Both the position numbers and the translations under genes were made by a program. From a bacterium (GTDB lineage: Bacteria > UBA8248): a stretch of DNA of 64,000 nucleotides. The stretch lies in assembly GCA_965199855.1 (NCBI GenBank), contig OZ241326.1, positions 128,001 through 192,000 of the forward strand. Reading direction: 5' to 3'. Below are positions 32,448-42,742 of this stretch, piece by piece (within the stretch, counting starts at the first letter, position 1; every line of letters begins with the position of its first letter). Under the pieces are notes generated by a model that worked only from the letters and a program-made list of their open reading frames with translations, did not search any database and was not told the DNA's origin.

Positions 32448-32529
32448 TTCGGACAAATTGAATGTATCGGCGCGCGGGCTTCCGCGAAGCGTGCGCGAAG
32501 CGTCCCGAAAAGGCGGGCGCCCTCCCCGC

Positions 32530-34299
32530 TCAGGGCGTCGGCGTGGTGAAGCGGAAGGTGGAGCCCCGGCCCGGCGCGCTCTCGACCCACACGTCTCCGC
32601 CCATCTCCTGAACGAGGTGCTTCACGATGGAAAGCCCCAGGCCGGTGCCTCCGTTCTCGCGCGAGCGGGCGGAATCCACCCGATAGAAGCGCTCGAATAT
32701 CCGGGGCAGGTGCTCGGGGGGGATTCCCTCGCCCCGATCCGCCACGGAAACCTCGACGAAGCCGTCCTCGCGCAGGCGCCCGGAGACGGCGACCTCGCCT
32801 CCCTCGGCGCTGTAGTTCGCGCCGTTCTCGACCAGGTTGATCAGAATCCGCTCGAGCGCCGCCGGGTCCGCCCAGACCCGGTCGGCCTCCCCGGGAACCT
32901 CCGCCGCCAGGCGGACGCCCCTTTTCTCGACGACGGGCGCCAGGGCGTGGGCGGCCGCGTCCATCGCGCCCCGCAGGGAGGCACTCTCGGGGCGGACGTG
33001 CTCCTCCCCGGACTCTATCCTGCCCAGCTCGAGCAGATCCTCGACCAGGGCCGAGAGCCGCCGGGCGTGGCGGGTGATGGTCGAGGCGAAGCGCCGCGTC
33101 GCGTCGGGGTCCGAGCGCGCGGTCATCTGGAGCGTCTCGGACGCCCACTGTATCGCCGTCAGGGGCGTGCGCAGCTCATGGGAGACGTTGGCGGTGAACT
33201 CCCGCCGGATTCCCGCGAGCCGCTTGATCTCGGTGACGTCGTGAAACACGAGGACGAGGCCCGCGTCCTCCCCCGCGCCCCGCCGCTTCGCGTGGAGCGC
33301 CAGGGCGCGGGCGGGGAGAACCTCCACCTCGCGCTCCACGCGGGGGACGGAGCGGGCGAGCATCTCCCGCACCGTCTCCTGCACCTCGGTGGAGCGCACG
33401 GTCTCCAGAGGAATCGGCGATCCGTTCCCGAAGGCCGGAAGCGAGGGGAAGAAATCCCTCAGCGCGGAGTTCGCGAGGAGGATGTCCCCCGAGGCGTCCG
33501 TGACCATGACGCCCTCGGTCATTCCCTCGAGAATCGCCTCCAGGCGATCCCGCTCGCGGCGCAGCTCGTCGAAGCGGCCCTCCACCTCGGAGGCGAGCCT
33601 GTTCATCGCGCGGGCGAGTTCGCCCAGCTCGTCTTTTCGCCGGGAGGCGGCGCGGCGGCTGAAGTCGCCCCGGGAGACGCGCTCCACGGCGTCGTGGACG
33701 TCGGAAAGCCCCCGCCGCGCGATGACGCCCGCCCAGCAGCTCACCGCGGCGGCGAGCAGGAGCGCGAACGCCCCGGCCGCGAGGAGGAGGCTCCGCGTTC
33801 CGCCTATCGTCTCCTCGACTTCCTGAAGGCTCATGGCCAGGCGGAGCGCGCCGCCGGCCAGGGGGCCCGCCTCTATCGGAAGCGCCAGATAGAGCGCGTC
33901 CCCGTCGGGCGTCCGGACGCGCCGCGCGCCCATCCCCTTCTCGCGGGCCGCGGCGACTTCGGGCCAGGCGGGGCGGTGCCCGGCCGCCTCGGCGCCATCG
34001 AGAGCGAGGTCGGAGTCCGCGAGGGGGCGGCCCGCGGGAGAGAGTATCGTCACCCGGACGCCGAGGGCGCGTCCGATCTCATCGGCGAGCTCATCCAGCC
34101 GGGGGGCGGCGGCGCCCGCGGCGGGCAGGGAGGCCAGCTGGCGCCGGGCGAGGCGCGCGCCGCGGGCGAGGCTCTCCTCCGCCTGCTTCACCAGCCGGGC
34201 GGAGAGGCCGAAATGGACGTAGATCAGCCCCGCCCCGAACGCCGCGGCGACGACCGCCAGACAGCCCGCCGTCAGCTTCCCGTAGAAGGATCTCCGCAT
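32530..34299 (-). CDS. phoR: Sensor histidine kinase PhoR
   Basis: HAMP, PAS, ANVSHELRTPL, FERFYRVD, GTGLGLSIVKH; pst context. Confidence 0.92.
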   Translation of the reverse strand: MRRSFYGKLTAGCLAVVAAAFGAGLIYVHFGLSARLVKQAEESLARGARLARRQLASLPAAGAAAPRLDELADEIGRALGVRVTILSPAGRPLADSDLALDGAEAAGHRPAWPEVAAAREKGMGARRVRTPDGDALYLALPIEAGPLAGGALRLAMSLQEVEETIGGTRSLLLAAGAFALLLAAAVSCWAGVIARRGLSDVHDAVERVSRGDFSRRAASRRKDELGELARAMNRLASEVEGRFDELRRERDRLEAILEGMTEGVMVTDASGDILLANSALRDFFPSLPAFGNGSPIPLETVRSTEVQETVREMLARSVPRVEREVEVLPARALALHAKRRGAGEDAGLVLVFHDVTEIKRLAGIRREFTANVSHELRTPLTAIQWASETLQMTARSDPDATRRFASTITRHARRLSALVEDLLELGRIESGEEHVRPESASLRGAMDAAAHALAPVVEKRGVRLAAEVPGEADRVWADPAALERILINLVENGANYSAEGGEVAVSGRLREDGFVEVSVADRGEGIPPEHLPRIFERFYRVDSARSRENGGTGLGLSIVKHLVQEMGGDVWVESAPGRGSTFRFTTPTP

Positions 34300-34330
34300 A
34301 CCCAGGCTTCTCCCCGAGCGTCAAGCGGGT

Positions 34331-35029
34331 CTATTCTCCGGACGTCCTCTGAAACCGGTAGCCCACGCCCCGAAGCGTCTGGATCATCTCCTCCCCCGCC
34401 GGGCCGAGCTTCTCCCGGAGGCGGCGGATGTAGGTGTCCACGGTGCGCGGGGTGACGAACTTGTCCTCTCCCCAGATCACGTCGAGCAGCTCGTCGCGGC
34501 TGCGGGCGCGGCCGGGGTGGGCCGCCAGGTGATGCAGAAGGCGGAATTCCGTCGCCGTCAGCGCGAGCGGGCGTCCGTCCAGCGCCGCCTCGTGCTGGCC
34601 GGGGTCGATGGCGAGCGCCCCGCGCCGGAGCGTCCCGCCCGCCTCTTCCGCCGCCGTCCTCGAGCGCGCCAGCACGGCCTTCACCCGGAGGATCACCTCC
34701 CGGATGTTGAAGGGCTTGGTCACGTAGTCGTCCGCGCCCAGCTCGAAGCCGACGATGCGGTCCACCTCCTCGCCCTTGGCCGTCAGCATGATGACGGGAA
34801 GCCGGGCGAGGGAGGAATCGCGCCGGATGAAGCGGCAGACCTCGAGGCCCGAGACGTCGGGAAGCATGAGGTCGAGAATGACCAGCTGAACCGGCCCGGC
34901 CCCGAGCGCCTGGAAGGCTTCCTCGCCGCTCGCCGCCCCGCGCGCGTCGAACCCCTCCGCCTCCAGGTTGTAGATCAGAAGCTCCCGAATGTCGGCTTCG
35001 TCTTCCACGATGAGAATTTTCCTGGCCAT
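34331..35029 (-). CDS. phoB: Response regulator PhoB/PhoP
   Basis: LDLMLP, GADDYVTKPF, RTVDTYIRRLREKL; pst context. Confidence 0.9.
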   Translation of the reverse strand: MARKILIVEDEADIRELLIYNLEAEGFDARGAASGEEAFQALGAGPVQLVILDLMLPDVSGLEVCRFIRRDSSLARLPVIMLTAKGEEVDRIVGFELGADDYVTKPFNIREVILRVKAVLARSRTAAEEAGGTLRRGALAIDPGQHEAALDGRPLALTATEFRLLHHLAAHPGRARSRDELLDVIWGEDKFVTPRTVDTYIRRLREKLGPAGEEMIQTLRGVGYRFQRTSGE

Positions 35030-35228
35030 CCTCGCCCCTCCGCCGGCGAGCCGGGGCGTCCGCCCATCCGGATCGCGCCCCTGTTCTGATAATCAATCGC
35101 CGGGAGAAATTCAACCGGGCGCCTCCGCCCCTCCCGCCGCGCGCGGAAGGATTCGGCGTTTCCCTCGCGATTCCCCTCCCGCCGGACTCGGGAGGCGTCC
35201 GCGCGCGGCGGGAGGGGCGGAAATATAT

Positions 35229-35278
35229 TTCGCGCGAAACGTTTGACGTTTGAAAATTACGGCGAAACCGTGCATAAT
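35229..35278 (+). promoter_or_regulatory. Sigma70-like promoter of the sugar ABC operon with an adjacent palindrome
   Basis: TTGAAA(35250)-N17-CATAAT(35273); TTTCGCGCGAAA and GAAACGTTT just upstream. Confidence 0.6.
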
Positions 35279-35362
35279 GGAAGGCACTGGACGAAAATTC
35301 CGGCCGCGGCGTTCCATCGGGCTTCGGGCCGCCGCGCATCCGACGGCGAGGGGAGTAGCGCG

Positions 35363-36436
35363 TTGGCCTCCATCACGCTCAAGAACCTGGTCAAGAAATT
35401 CGGCGAGACGGTCACCGCCGTCGCGGGCGTCGATCTCGAAGTGGTGGACGGGGAGTTCATGGTGGTGGTCGGGCCCTCGGGCTGCGGAAAAACCACCACG
35501 CTCAACATGATATCGGGCTTCGAGGAGCCCACGAGCGGCACCATGCTCATCGGGGATCGCGTGGTGAACCACCTCGACCCCGGGGATCGGGGGCTCGGCA
35601 TGGTGTTTCAGGACCTCGCCCTGTTCCCCCACATGAGCGTCTTCGAGAACATCGCCTTCGGCCTGCGGGTGGGCAGGACGCCGGAGGCGGAGGCGCGCGA
35701 GCGGGTCGGGAAGGTCGCCCGCACCATGAAGATCTCCCACCTCCTCTCCAAGAAGCCCGCCCAGTGCTCGGGCGGCGAGGCCCAGCGCGTCGCCCTGGCG
35801 CGCACGATCGTGACCGAGCCGGAAGTCCTGCTCATGGACGAGCCGCTCTCCAGCCTGGACGCCAAGCTGCGCATCGAGATGCGCACGGAGCTCAAGCGGC
35901 TCCACGAGGCGCTCCAGTCCACCTTCGTCTATGTCACCCACGACCAGGCCGAGGCCATGACGATGGCCGACCGCATCATGGTCATGGAAGGCGGGCACGT
36001 GCAGCAGATCGACACCCCCCTGGGAATCTACCGCAAGCCCAAAAACCAGTTCGTCGCCACCTTCTTCGGCCAGCCGACGATGAACGTCATTCCGGGGCGC
36101 GTCGAAAACGGCGGCGCGCCGAGGTTCGCGTCCGAGCATTTCGAGGTATCCCTCGCCCCGGACGCCGTCCCCGCCTCCGCCGGCGGCCGGACGGTCAACC
36201 TGGGGGCGCGCTCCGAGAACGTGACCATCGGGGAGGAGGGCGTCCCCGGCGAGGTGCGGCTCATCGAGCCGATGGGCGACGAGACGCTCGTCTTCTTCTC
36301 CTGCGGGAGCGAGGAATACCTCGTGGCCAAGGTGGACGCCGAGCGCGAGTTCAGCCCCGGCGAGAGCATCCGCTTCGGCTTCCAGCCGGGCGGGCTGCAC
36401 TTCTTCGACGCGCAGAGCGGGCTGCGGCTGGAATGA
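35363..36436 (+). CDS. Carbohydrate ABC transporter ATPase (MalK-like)
   Basis: GPSGCGKTT, YVTHDQAEAMTMADRI, TOBE-like C-terminus. Confidence 0.93.
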   Translation: MASITLKNLVKKFGETVTAVAGVDLEVVDGEFMVVVGPSGCGKTTTLNMISGFEEPTSGTMLIGDRVVNHLDPGDRGLGMVFQDLALFPHMSVFENIAFGLRVGRTPEAEARERVGKVARTMKISHLLSKKPAQCSGGEAQRVALARTIVTEPEVLLMDEPLSSLDAKLRIEMRTELKRLHEALQSTFVYVTHDQAEAMTMADRIMVMEGGHVQQIDTPLGIYRKPKNQFVATFFGQPTMNVIPGRVENGGAPRFASEHFEVSLAPDAVPASAGGRTVNLGARSENVTIGEEGVPGEVRLIEPMGDETLVFFSCGSEEYLVAKVDAEREFSPGESIRFGFQPGGLHFFDAQSGLRLE

Positions 36437-36575
36437 GGCCCGCGGGGGAGCGGAAAAAAGGAGCGGCGCCGCGCGGCGCGAACGGAGACGAAGCTTGCGC
36501 GAGGATGCTCGCGTTCAACCCCGGCGATTCGAGCGCCGGTCATCGCCTTTCTTTCACGCAGAGGGAGGAGTCAAG

Positions 36576-38045
36576 ATGAAACGATTCGTTTTCGCAGCGC
36601 TGATGCTCACGGGCCTGGCGGGCTTCGCCGCCTCGGCGGCCGTCGCCCAGGTTCTCCCGGGGGCGACGCCCGAGGAGCGCGCCGTCAACGGGGCGAAGGC
36701 CTACATCAAGAAGCATGGACTCAAGAACCCGACCCAGACCATGCTCCTGATCTCGCTCTTCAAGAACGCCCAGCCGAAATACCTCAGGCAGTGGGAGAAG
36801 CTCACCGGCGTCAAGATGAAGACCATCCAGTACGGCTACACCGACATTCCGGCCAAAATCATGGCCGAGGCGGTGGCGAAGACGGGGCAGTACGACGTCA
36901 TCAACCACTTCCCCTACGTCATCCCCGACGCCGTGGGCGCGGGCGTTCTTCAGCCGCTCGACGCCTTCATGGCCAAGGGCAAGCCCGACTTCTCGGGCAT
37001 CGACCCCGGCCTGCTGGCGCAGCAGACCTACAACGGGAAGCACTACTGGTTCATCCTGGACGGCGACCACATCGCCCTGTTCCTGCGCTCGGACATCATG
37101 AAGCTGGGCGCGGCCGAATACAAGGCGAAGTTCGGCAAGGCGCCCGGATGCCCGGACACGATGGCCGAATGGGAGCAGATGGCCAAGTTCTTCCACACGA
37201 AGAAGGGCGCGACCCGCTGGGGCAAAAAATTCGACCAGCCGCTCTACGGCGCCCAGGCCTACCGGAGCATCAACTTCTCCTACCGCCACTTCCCGGCGTA
37301 TCTGGGCACGCTGCTGTTCGACAAGAACATGAAGCCCGCCATCAACACCCCGAACGGCATCCGGGCGATCAAGGAATTCTCCTCGATCGTCAAATACATG
37401 CCGCCCGACGTGCAGGGCTGGGGCACGCCGCAGCTGTATCCCCACTGGGGAAGCGGCCAGGCCTTCTCCTTCATGTCCTTCCCCTCGGCGATGGGCTACG
37501 CCAACCGCAGCCCGAAGAGCAAGATCAGCGGCCATCAGCTCGCCTGCCCGGTTCCGGCGGTGAGCGTGGGCGGCAAGATGGTGCGCCGCGCGCCCCAGGC
37601 GGCCGGCACCGGCTACATGGTGAACCGCCACGGCAAGCACCCCGAGCTCGCCTACTACTTCATCCAGTGGTTCACGGGCCCGACCAAGGGCGACGAGGCC
37701 ATCGCCGACCCCAAGGGCTTCTGGGATCCGATGCGCGCCTCGAACCTCACGAACAAGGCCGTGCTCGACAAGCACACCGAGCCCTTCGTCAAGATGACGA
37801 TGAAGAACGCGAAAAACGCCATTTCGCTCCTCATGATCCCGGGCAACTACGAGTACTTCAACGTGCTCGACAAGAACCTCGCCCAGGTCATGCAGGGCAA
37901 CGCGAGCGCCGCGCAGGCGGCCAAGAACATCGAGAAGGGCTGGGACCGCATCACCGACGACATCGGCCGCAAGGAGCAGATCGCGGCCTGGAGAAAGAGC
38001 GTCGCCAGCGGCGCCTACATCGACAAGTTCGCGCCGGTGAACTAG
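36576..38045 (+). CDS. Carbohydrate ABC substrate-binding protein
   Basis: Signal peptide, strong RBS GGAGGAG, operon context. Confidence 0.88.
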   Translation: MKRFVFAALMLTGLAGFAASAAVAQVLPGATPEERAVNGAKAYIKKHGLKNPTQTMLLISLFKNAQPKYLRQWEKLTGVKMKTIQYGYTDIPAKIMAEAVAKTGQYDVINHFPYVIPDAVGAGVLQPLDAFMAKGKPDFSGIDPGLLAQQTYNGKHYWFILDGDHIALFLRSDIMKLGAAEYKAKFGKAPGCPDTMAEWEQMAKFFHTKKGATRWGKKFDQPLYGAQAYRSINFSYRHFPAYLGTLLFDKNMKPAINTPNGIRAIKEFSSIVKYMPPDVQGWGTPQLYPHWGSGQAFSFMSFPSAMGYANRSPKSKISGHQLACPVPAVSVGGKMVRRAPQAAGTGYMVNRHGKHPELAYYFIQWFTGPTKGDEAIADPKGFWDPMRASNLTNKAVLDKHTEPFVKMTMKNAKNAISLLMIPGNYEYFNVLDKNLAQVMQGNASAAQAAKNIEKGWDRITDDIGRKEQIAAWRKSVASGAYIDKFAPVN

Positions 38046-38060
38046 GAGCCGCGTCCGAGA

Positions 38061-38089
38061 CCGCCCGCCCCGGCCCGCCGGGGCGGGCG
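38061..38089 (+). terminator. GC hairpin after the substrate-binding protein gene (stabiliser/attenuator)
   Basis: CGCCCGCCCCGG...CCGGGGCGGGCG inverted repeat. Confidence 0.55.
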
Positions 38090-38126
38090 CCTCGCGGCGG
38101 CGAAACGGGATAAAGACGAAAACGCG

Positions 38127-39080
38127 ATGGCACGCGCCTCGAGGAGAACGCAGCGAAAGGGCCTCGCCGCCTGGCTGGGGCAGGAGAGGGTGTTCCGCCT
38201 GATTCCGTTCATCATGGTGGAGGCGACCTTCCTTCTCCTGCTCGCCGTGCCCTTCATCCTCACCATTTACATCAGCCTGCTCAAGTGGCGCGCCAACCGC
38301 CCCTTCGAGATGGCCTATTTCCACGGCTTCCTGAACTACGTCCGCGTCCTCACCGACGAGGATTTCTGGTGGGCGCTCGGGCGGACGTTCTACTTCGCGG
38401 GAACGGCGGTCGTCCTCGAGCTGATCCTGGGCTTCCTGCTCGCCATGCTGGCCTACAGGCAGTTCCGGGGCAGGCGGCTCTACATCACCATCTTCCTGAT
38501 TCCCATGATGGTGGTCCCTGTCGTCGGGGGCTACAACTTCTCGATGATCTACATCGATTCGGGGCCGCTCAACCAGATTCTCGCTCCGCTCACGGAGGCG
38601 CTGGGCGTCAACCCCCGCATCCGCTGGCTCTCCCACCCCATCGCCGCGCAGTGGGCGATCATCCTCGCCGACGTGTGGCAGTGGACCTCGCTCACGTTCC
38701 TGATCTTCCTGTCGGGCTTCACCGCGCTTCCCCAGCAGATCACCAACGCCGCCCGCGTTCTGGGGGCGAGCCGGTGGCAGATCTTCTGGCGAATCCACCT
38801 GCCGCTGCTCAAGCCCGCCATCATGATCGCCGTCATCATCCGCTCGATGGAGGCGCTCAAGCTCTTCGACCTCTCCGTGCTGCTCACCTTCGGCGGCCCG
38901 GGCACCTCGACGGAGACCATCGCGTTCTTCCTCTGGCGCCAGGTGTGGCAGTTCAACAAATACAGCTTCGGCGCGGCCGCCTCGGTGCTGCTGCTCTTCA
39001 TGTTCGGGGGACTCATCTTCTACGGCATTCACCTGCTCGTGCGCGAGCGCTCCATCGTCGAGGAGGAGCGGATGCGATGA
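38127..39080 (+). CDS. Carbohydrate ABC permease
   Basis: DVWQWT, AARVLGAS EAA-like loop, GGPG. Confidence 0.92.
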   Translation: MARASRRTQRKGLAAWLGQERVFRLIPFIMVEATFLLLLAVPFILTIYISLLKWRANRPFEMAYFHGFLNYVRVLTDEDFWWALGRTFYFAGTAVVLELILGFLLAMLAYRQFRGRRLYITIFLIPMMVVPVVGGYNFSMIYIDSGPLNQILAPLTEALGVNPRIRWLSHPIAAQWAIILADVWQWTSLTFLIFLSGFTALPQQITNAARVLGASRWQIFWRIHLPLLKPAIMIAVIIRSMEALKLFDLSVLLTFGGPGTSTETIAFFLWRQVWQFNKYSFGAAASVLLLFMFGGLIFYGIHLLVRERSIVEEERMR

Positions 39081-40048
39081 AAGACGGCGCGCGGGCCGGG
39101 CGGGCGGAGATGTCCTTCGCCAAGCGCTACGGCCTCTTCTTCTGGTTCCGTCACGCCGCGCTGCTGGGCTGGGCGGTGATGATCATGTTCCCGATCTTCT
39201 GGATGATCTCGACCTCCTTCAAGGACGCGGGCGACTGGGTGGCCTGGCCGCCCAACTGGCTCCCCGCCTTCCTGGGCGGAGGCTACGAGCCCACCCTGCT
39301 GAACTACCGGCAGATTTTCACCCTCGCCGGGCACGGCGAGAGCCTGAGCCGAGAGGCCACCGATCAGGCCTACACCATCTGGGGGGCGGTGCGCGACTCC
39401 ATGCTCATCTCCGCCGTCAGCTCCCTGGTCGCGCTTCTCATGGGGACGTTTCTGGCCTATTCGATATCGCGGTTCAACGTGGGCGGCAAGTATTTCCGCT
39501 ACGTGATCCTCACCATCCGGATGGTGCCGCCCATCGTCATCGCGATTCCCATCGTCATGTATTACGCCATCCTCATTCCGTTCGCCACGCAGTCGGTTCT
39601 CGGGTTCCGCGTCAGCATGATCGACACCTACATCGGCCTCGGCCTCCTCTACACGGCCACCACCCTGCCCTTCGTCATCTGGATGATGCTGAACTTCATC
39701 GAGGAGGTGCCCTTCACCATCGAGCACGCCGCCCAGATCATGGGGGCGAGCCGCATCTACACCATGCGCCGGGTGGTCGTCCCCCTGGTCGCCCCGGGCA
39801 TGGTGGTGACCTTCCTGTTCATCTTCATTCTGAACTGGAGCGAGTTCCTGCTCGCGCTGACGCTCACCCAGCCGAACGTCATCACGCTTCCCGTGCTGCT
39901 CAACAAGTTCCAGAGCGCCGTGGAGGGCAGGCTCTACGGCCCCCAGGCGGCCATCGGCACCGTCATCACCATTCCCGTCGTCATCCTCGGCGTCTTCATC
40001 CAGAAGCACCTCATCACGGGCTTCAGCTTCGGCACCATCCGCAAGTAG
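39077..40048 (+). CDS. Carbohydrate ABC permease
   Basis: EHAAQIMGAS, WSEFLLA; ATGA overlap with upstream stop. Confidence 0.92.
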   Translation: MKDGARAGRAEMSFAKRYGLFFWFRHAALLGWAVMIMFPIFWMISTSFKDAGDWVAWPPNWLPAFLGGGYEPTLLNYRQIFTLAGHGESLSREATDQAYTIWGAVRDSMLISAVSSLVALLMGTFLAYSISRFNVGGKYFRYVILTIRMVPPIVIAIPIVMYYAILIPFATQSVLGFRVSMIDTYIGLGLLYTATTLPFVIWMMLNFIEEVPFTIEHAAQIMGASRIYTMRRVVVPLVAPGMVVTFLFIFILNWSEFLLALTLTQPNVITLPVLLNKFQSAVEGRLYGPQAAIGTVITIPVVILGVFIQKHLITGFSFGTIRK

Positions 40049-40161
40049 GGGCGGGGGCGCAAGCCTTTCAGCAGGCGAAAATCCTGTTCTCCCGGTCCGT
40101 CAGGAGAACGGGACGCGCCCGACCAAGGACAAAATCCAATCGCGGAACCCGTCATGCGGAG

Positions 40162-40566
40162 CTACAACAAACGGCGCTTCCGAACGCGGATATAGTTTTC
40201 GAGCGCCTCTACGGCCTTTTTCCCCGAAGCCAGATATTCATCGATAATTTCCTGAAGACCTTTCATATAGGCGCGCTGTCTGTCTCTCGACAATTCCATG
40301 AAATCATCCGATCCCACCCGATTCAAAGATATTGAAACAAAGCGGTCGAGCTTGTGGCAGCGTATCAACTCTTCTATGAGATGAGGTTCAAGGAGATATA
40401 ATTCGCGCTGAACGTTATCAAACGTAGAAGGCGCGTCGAGTTCAATGATTACAAACAGCTTTTTATCTTCTGAAAGAAGTTGATTTACCTTGTCAGCCCA
40501 GCCTTCCAAACTGCTTTTGGCGCTCTCCAGGCTCACCTTCACTTCCACCATCAAAGCTTGGGCCAA
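40162..40566 (-). CDS. Hypothetical low-GC protein, probably N-terminally degraded
   Basis: AT-rich ORF; the frame extends upstream through a hydrophobic helix to a stop near 40668. Confidence 0.45.
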   Translation of the reverse strand: MAQALMVEVKVSLESAKSSLEGWADKVNQLLSEDKKLFVIIELDAPSTFDNVQRELYLLEPHLIEELIRCHKLDRFVSISLNRVGSDDFMELSRDRQRAYMKGLQEIIDEYLASGKKAVEALENYIRVRKRRLL

Positions 40567-41044
40567 CCCGATTTGACGATGGCGCCGATCTCGATAGTAA
40601 GCGCAAACAGCCGTCAGAGTGGCCAGAAGCGCCGAAGCGAGAATCGCGCAGGTTGAAGGAATTCTTTATCGAAAGTCGGGAAGGAACTCACAAGGAAAGA
40701 GAAGTCGGATCGTTATTCCGAAATCCTAATGCCCGGAATCTTGGCGCATCTCATATCTTTATCCAAAAGGGCACTGCGAGAAATTACAGAAATGCGCCTA
40801 CACTAGCAAAATGGGTCCATAACTCATGTTGGAATTCCTCCTCGTCAACATAGTTGGAGACCAGACAGCCGCCAACCAAACCCTCCGTTGAGAATCTCGC
40901 GCATGAGAAACCGCTTGTCAAGGCGGCTTGATCGGTTTTTCATCCGTAGAGTCTGAAGCAGGCCAGCCGCTGAACGCCCCGGGAAATCGCCGCGCAAGCG
41001 GCCGCGGGAAAGTCGGGCGTCCGCCGGGCTCGCCCGCATCAAAC

Positions 41045-41136
41045 TGGCGGAGAGGGAGGGATTCGAACCCCCGGTGCGGTCGCCCGCACAACAGATTTCG
41101 AGTCTGCCGCCTTAAACCGGACTCGGCCACCTCTCC
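41045..41136 (-). tRNA. tRNA-Ser(CGA)
   Basis: GGAGAGG acceptor stem, anticodon arm GCAGA-CT-CGA-AA-TCTGT, long variable arm, GGTTCGAATCC, encoded CCA. Confidence 0.96.
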
Positions 41137-41149
41137 GGAGCGAAAGTCC

Positions 41150-41653
41150 TCAGCGCGCGGCCCGCCTCGCCTCCCGGGCGAGGCGGCGGCGCTCCTCGAA
41201 GAAGGCGCGGAGCATCGCGCTGCTCTCCTCCGCCATCACGCCCGAGGTCGTCGGCACGCGGTGGTTCAGGCGCGGGTCGGAGGGAATGTCGAACAGCGAG
41301 CCGCAGGCGCCGCCCTTGGGGTCCGCGGCGCCGAAAACGAGCCTGGCGATTCTCGCGTTGATCAGCGCACCCGCGCACATGGGGCAGGGCTCGAGCGTCA
41401 CATACAGGGTGGCGCCGTCGAGCCGCCATATCCCGTCCGTCTCGGCCGCCTCCCGGAGCGCGAGCACCTCGGCGTGCGCGGTGGGGTCGCAGGCGGCCTC
41501 GCGCCTGTTGAACCCGCGGCCCAGCACCCGTCCCCCGCGCACCACAAGGGCGCCCACGGGCACGTCGCCCGTCTCCTCGGCCATCCTGGCCAGCGCCAGC
41601 GCCTCCTCCATCCACCGCCGATCCTCGCGCGCCCGCGCCGCCGCACCCGCCAT
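41150..41653 (-). CDS. tadA: tRNA adenosine(34) deaminase
   Basis: DVPVGA, DPTAHAE, TLEPCPMCAGA, DPKGGA. Confidence 0.95.
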   Translation of the reverse strand: MAGAAARAREDRRWMEEALALARMAEETGDVPVGALVVRGGRVLGRGFNRREAACDPTAHAEVLALREAAETDGIWRLDGATLYVTLEPCPMCAGALINARIARLVFGAADPKGGACGSLFDIPSDPRLNHRVPTTSGVMAEESSAMLRAFFEERRRLAREARRAAR

Positions 41654-41808
41654 CCTCTCCTCCGTTCGCTCTCCCTCGCGGCGTCTAAAAGACCACGAAT
41701 CGAAGCCTCTGGCAAGGCGAAGGGACGCGGCCGCGCTTGTCCGACGCGCAAAAACCTGAGAGGCTTGGGGCCGCATCCATCTCTCACACTTCTTTCGAGG
41801 ACGCCCCT

Positions 41809-42570
41809 ATGCTTTGGGAAGAGCTGAGCTGGCCGCAACACAAGAGAATGGCGCAGGAGGGGGCCGTGGTCGTCGTTCCCTTCGCGTCGATGGAGCAGCA
41901 CGGCCCCCACAGCCCCGTCGTGGTGGACACCCTGCTGTGCGAGAGCGTCTGCCGAAAGGCGACCGAGGGACTCGAGGGCGCGCTCCTCACCCGCGCGATG
42001 TGGGCGGGCGCGTCCCATCACCATTTCGAGTATCCGGGCACCATCTCGCTCAGGCTGGAGACCTACGTCGCCCTCGTCAAGGACATCATCCGCTCGGTCG
42101 CCCACCACGGCTACGGAAAGATATTCGTCGTGAACGGCCACGGCGGAAACGTCCAGCCCCTTCAGGCCACGCTGAACGACGTCGGCTACGAGCTCGACGT
42201 CGCCATCTGGATGGTCACCTACTTCCACCTGGGAGACGAAATCGCCGGCCGCGTCAGAAAAAGCGAGGTCGGCGGCATGGCCCACAGCGGCGAATTCGAG
42301 ACCGCCATGATGCTGCACCTGCGCCCCGACCTGGTGAACATGGACGAGGCGGTGGATCAGCCCAGCCAGAGCGCGCACCCCCTGATGACGAAGGACATGC
42401 ACCGCCGCGGGATGCTCTTCCGCCCCGTGGACTTCAACCGGCACCGCGCGCCCTCGGGCGTGTCGGGGACGCCGAGCGCGGCGACGGCGGAAAACGGGGA
42501 GAAATACTTCGAGGCCGTATCCGCCCGGCTGCGGGGCCTGATAGAGGACATGGCCGCTCTCGAGGTCTAG
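41809..42570 (+). CDS. Creatininase family amidohydrolase
   Basis: EQHGPH..D, NGHGGN, HSGEFETA. Confidence 0.92.
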   Translation: MLWEELSWPQHKRMAQEGAVVVVPFASMEQHGPHSPVVVDTLLCESVCRKATEGLEGALLTRAMWAGASHHHFEYPGTISLRLETYVALVKDIIRSVAHHGYGKIFVVNGHGGNVQPLQATLNDVGYELDVAIWMVTYFHLGDEIAGRVRKSEVGGMAHSGEFETAMMLHLRPDLVNMDEAVDQPSQSAHPLMTKDMHRRGMLFRPVDFNRHRAPSGVSGTPSAATAENGEKYFEAVSARLRGLIEDMAALEV

Positions 42571-42742
42571 CGCCGCGCCGCCGAAAGCCTGACCTGATAG
42601 GGCCGACCCTTCGCCCCGGCGCGGGCGTCGGGCCGGAAAACGGAGATTCCGATGGACGGAACGAGCGCGAAAAAATTCATCAAGAGCGCCGCCCGCGCCC
42701 TCCCGCGCGGGGCGCGCCGCCCGGCCGTCGGGAATTGACGCC

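Noticed and set aside
41045-41136. tRNA-Sec, given the long variable arm and nearby selenoproteins
   Set aside because: Anticodon is CGA, not TCA; ordinary tRNA-Ser next to tadA
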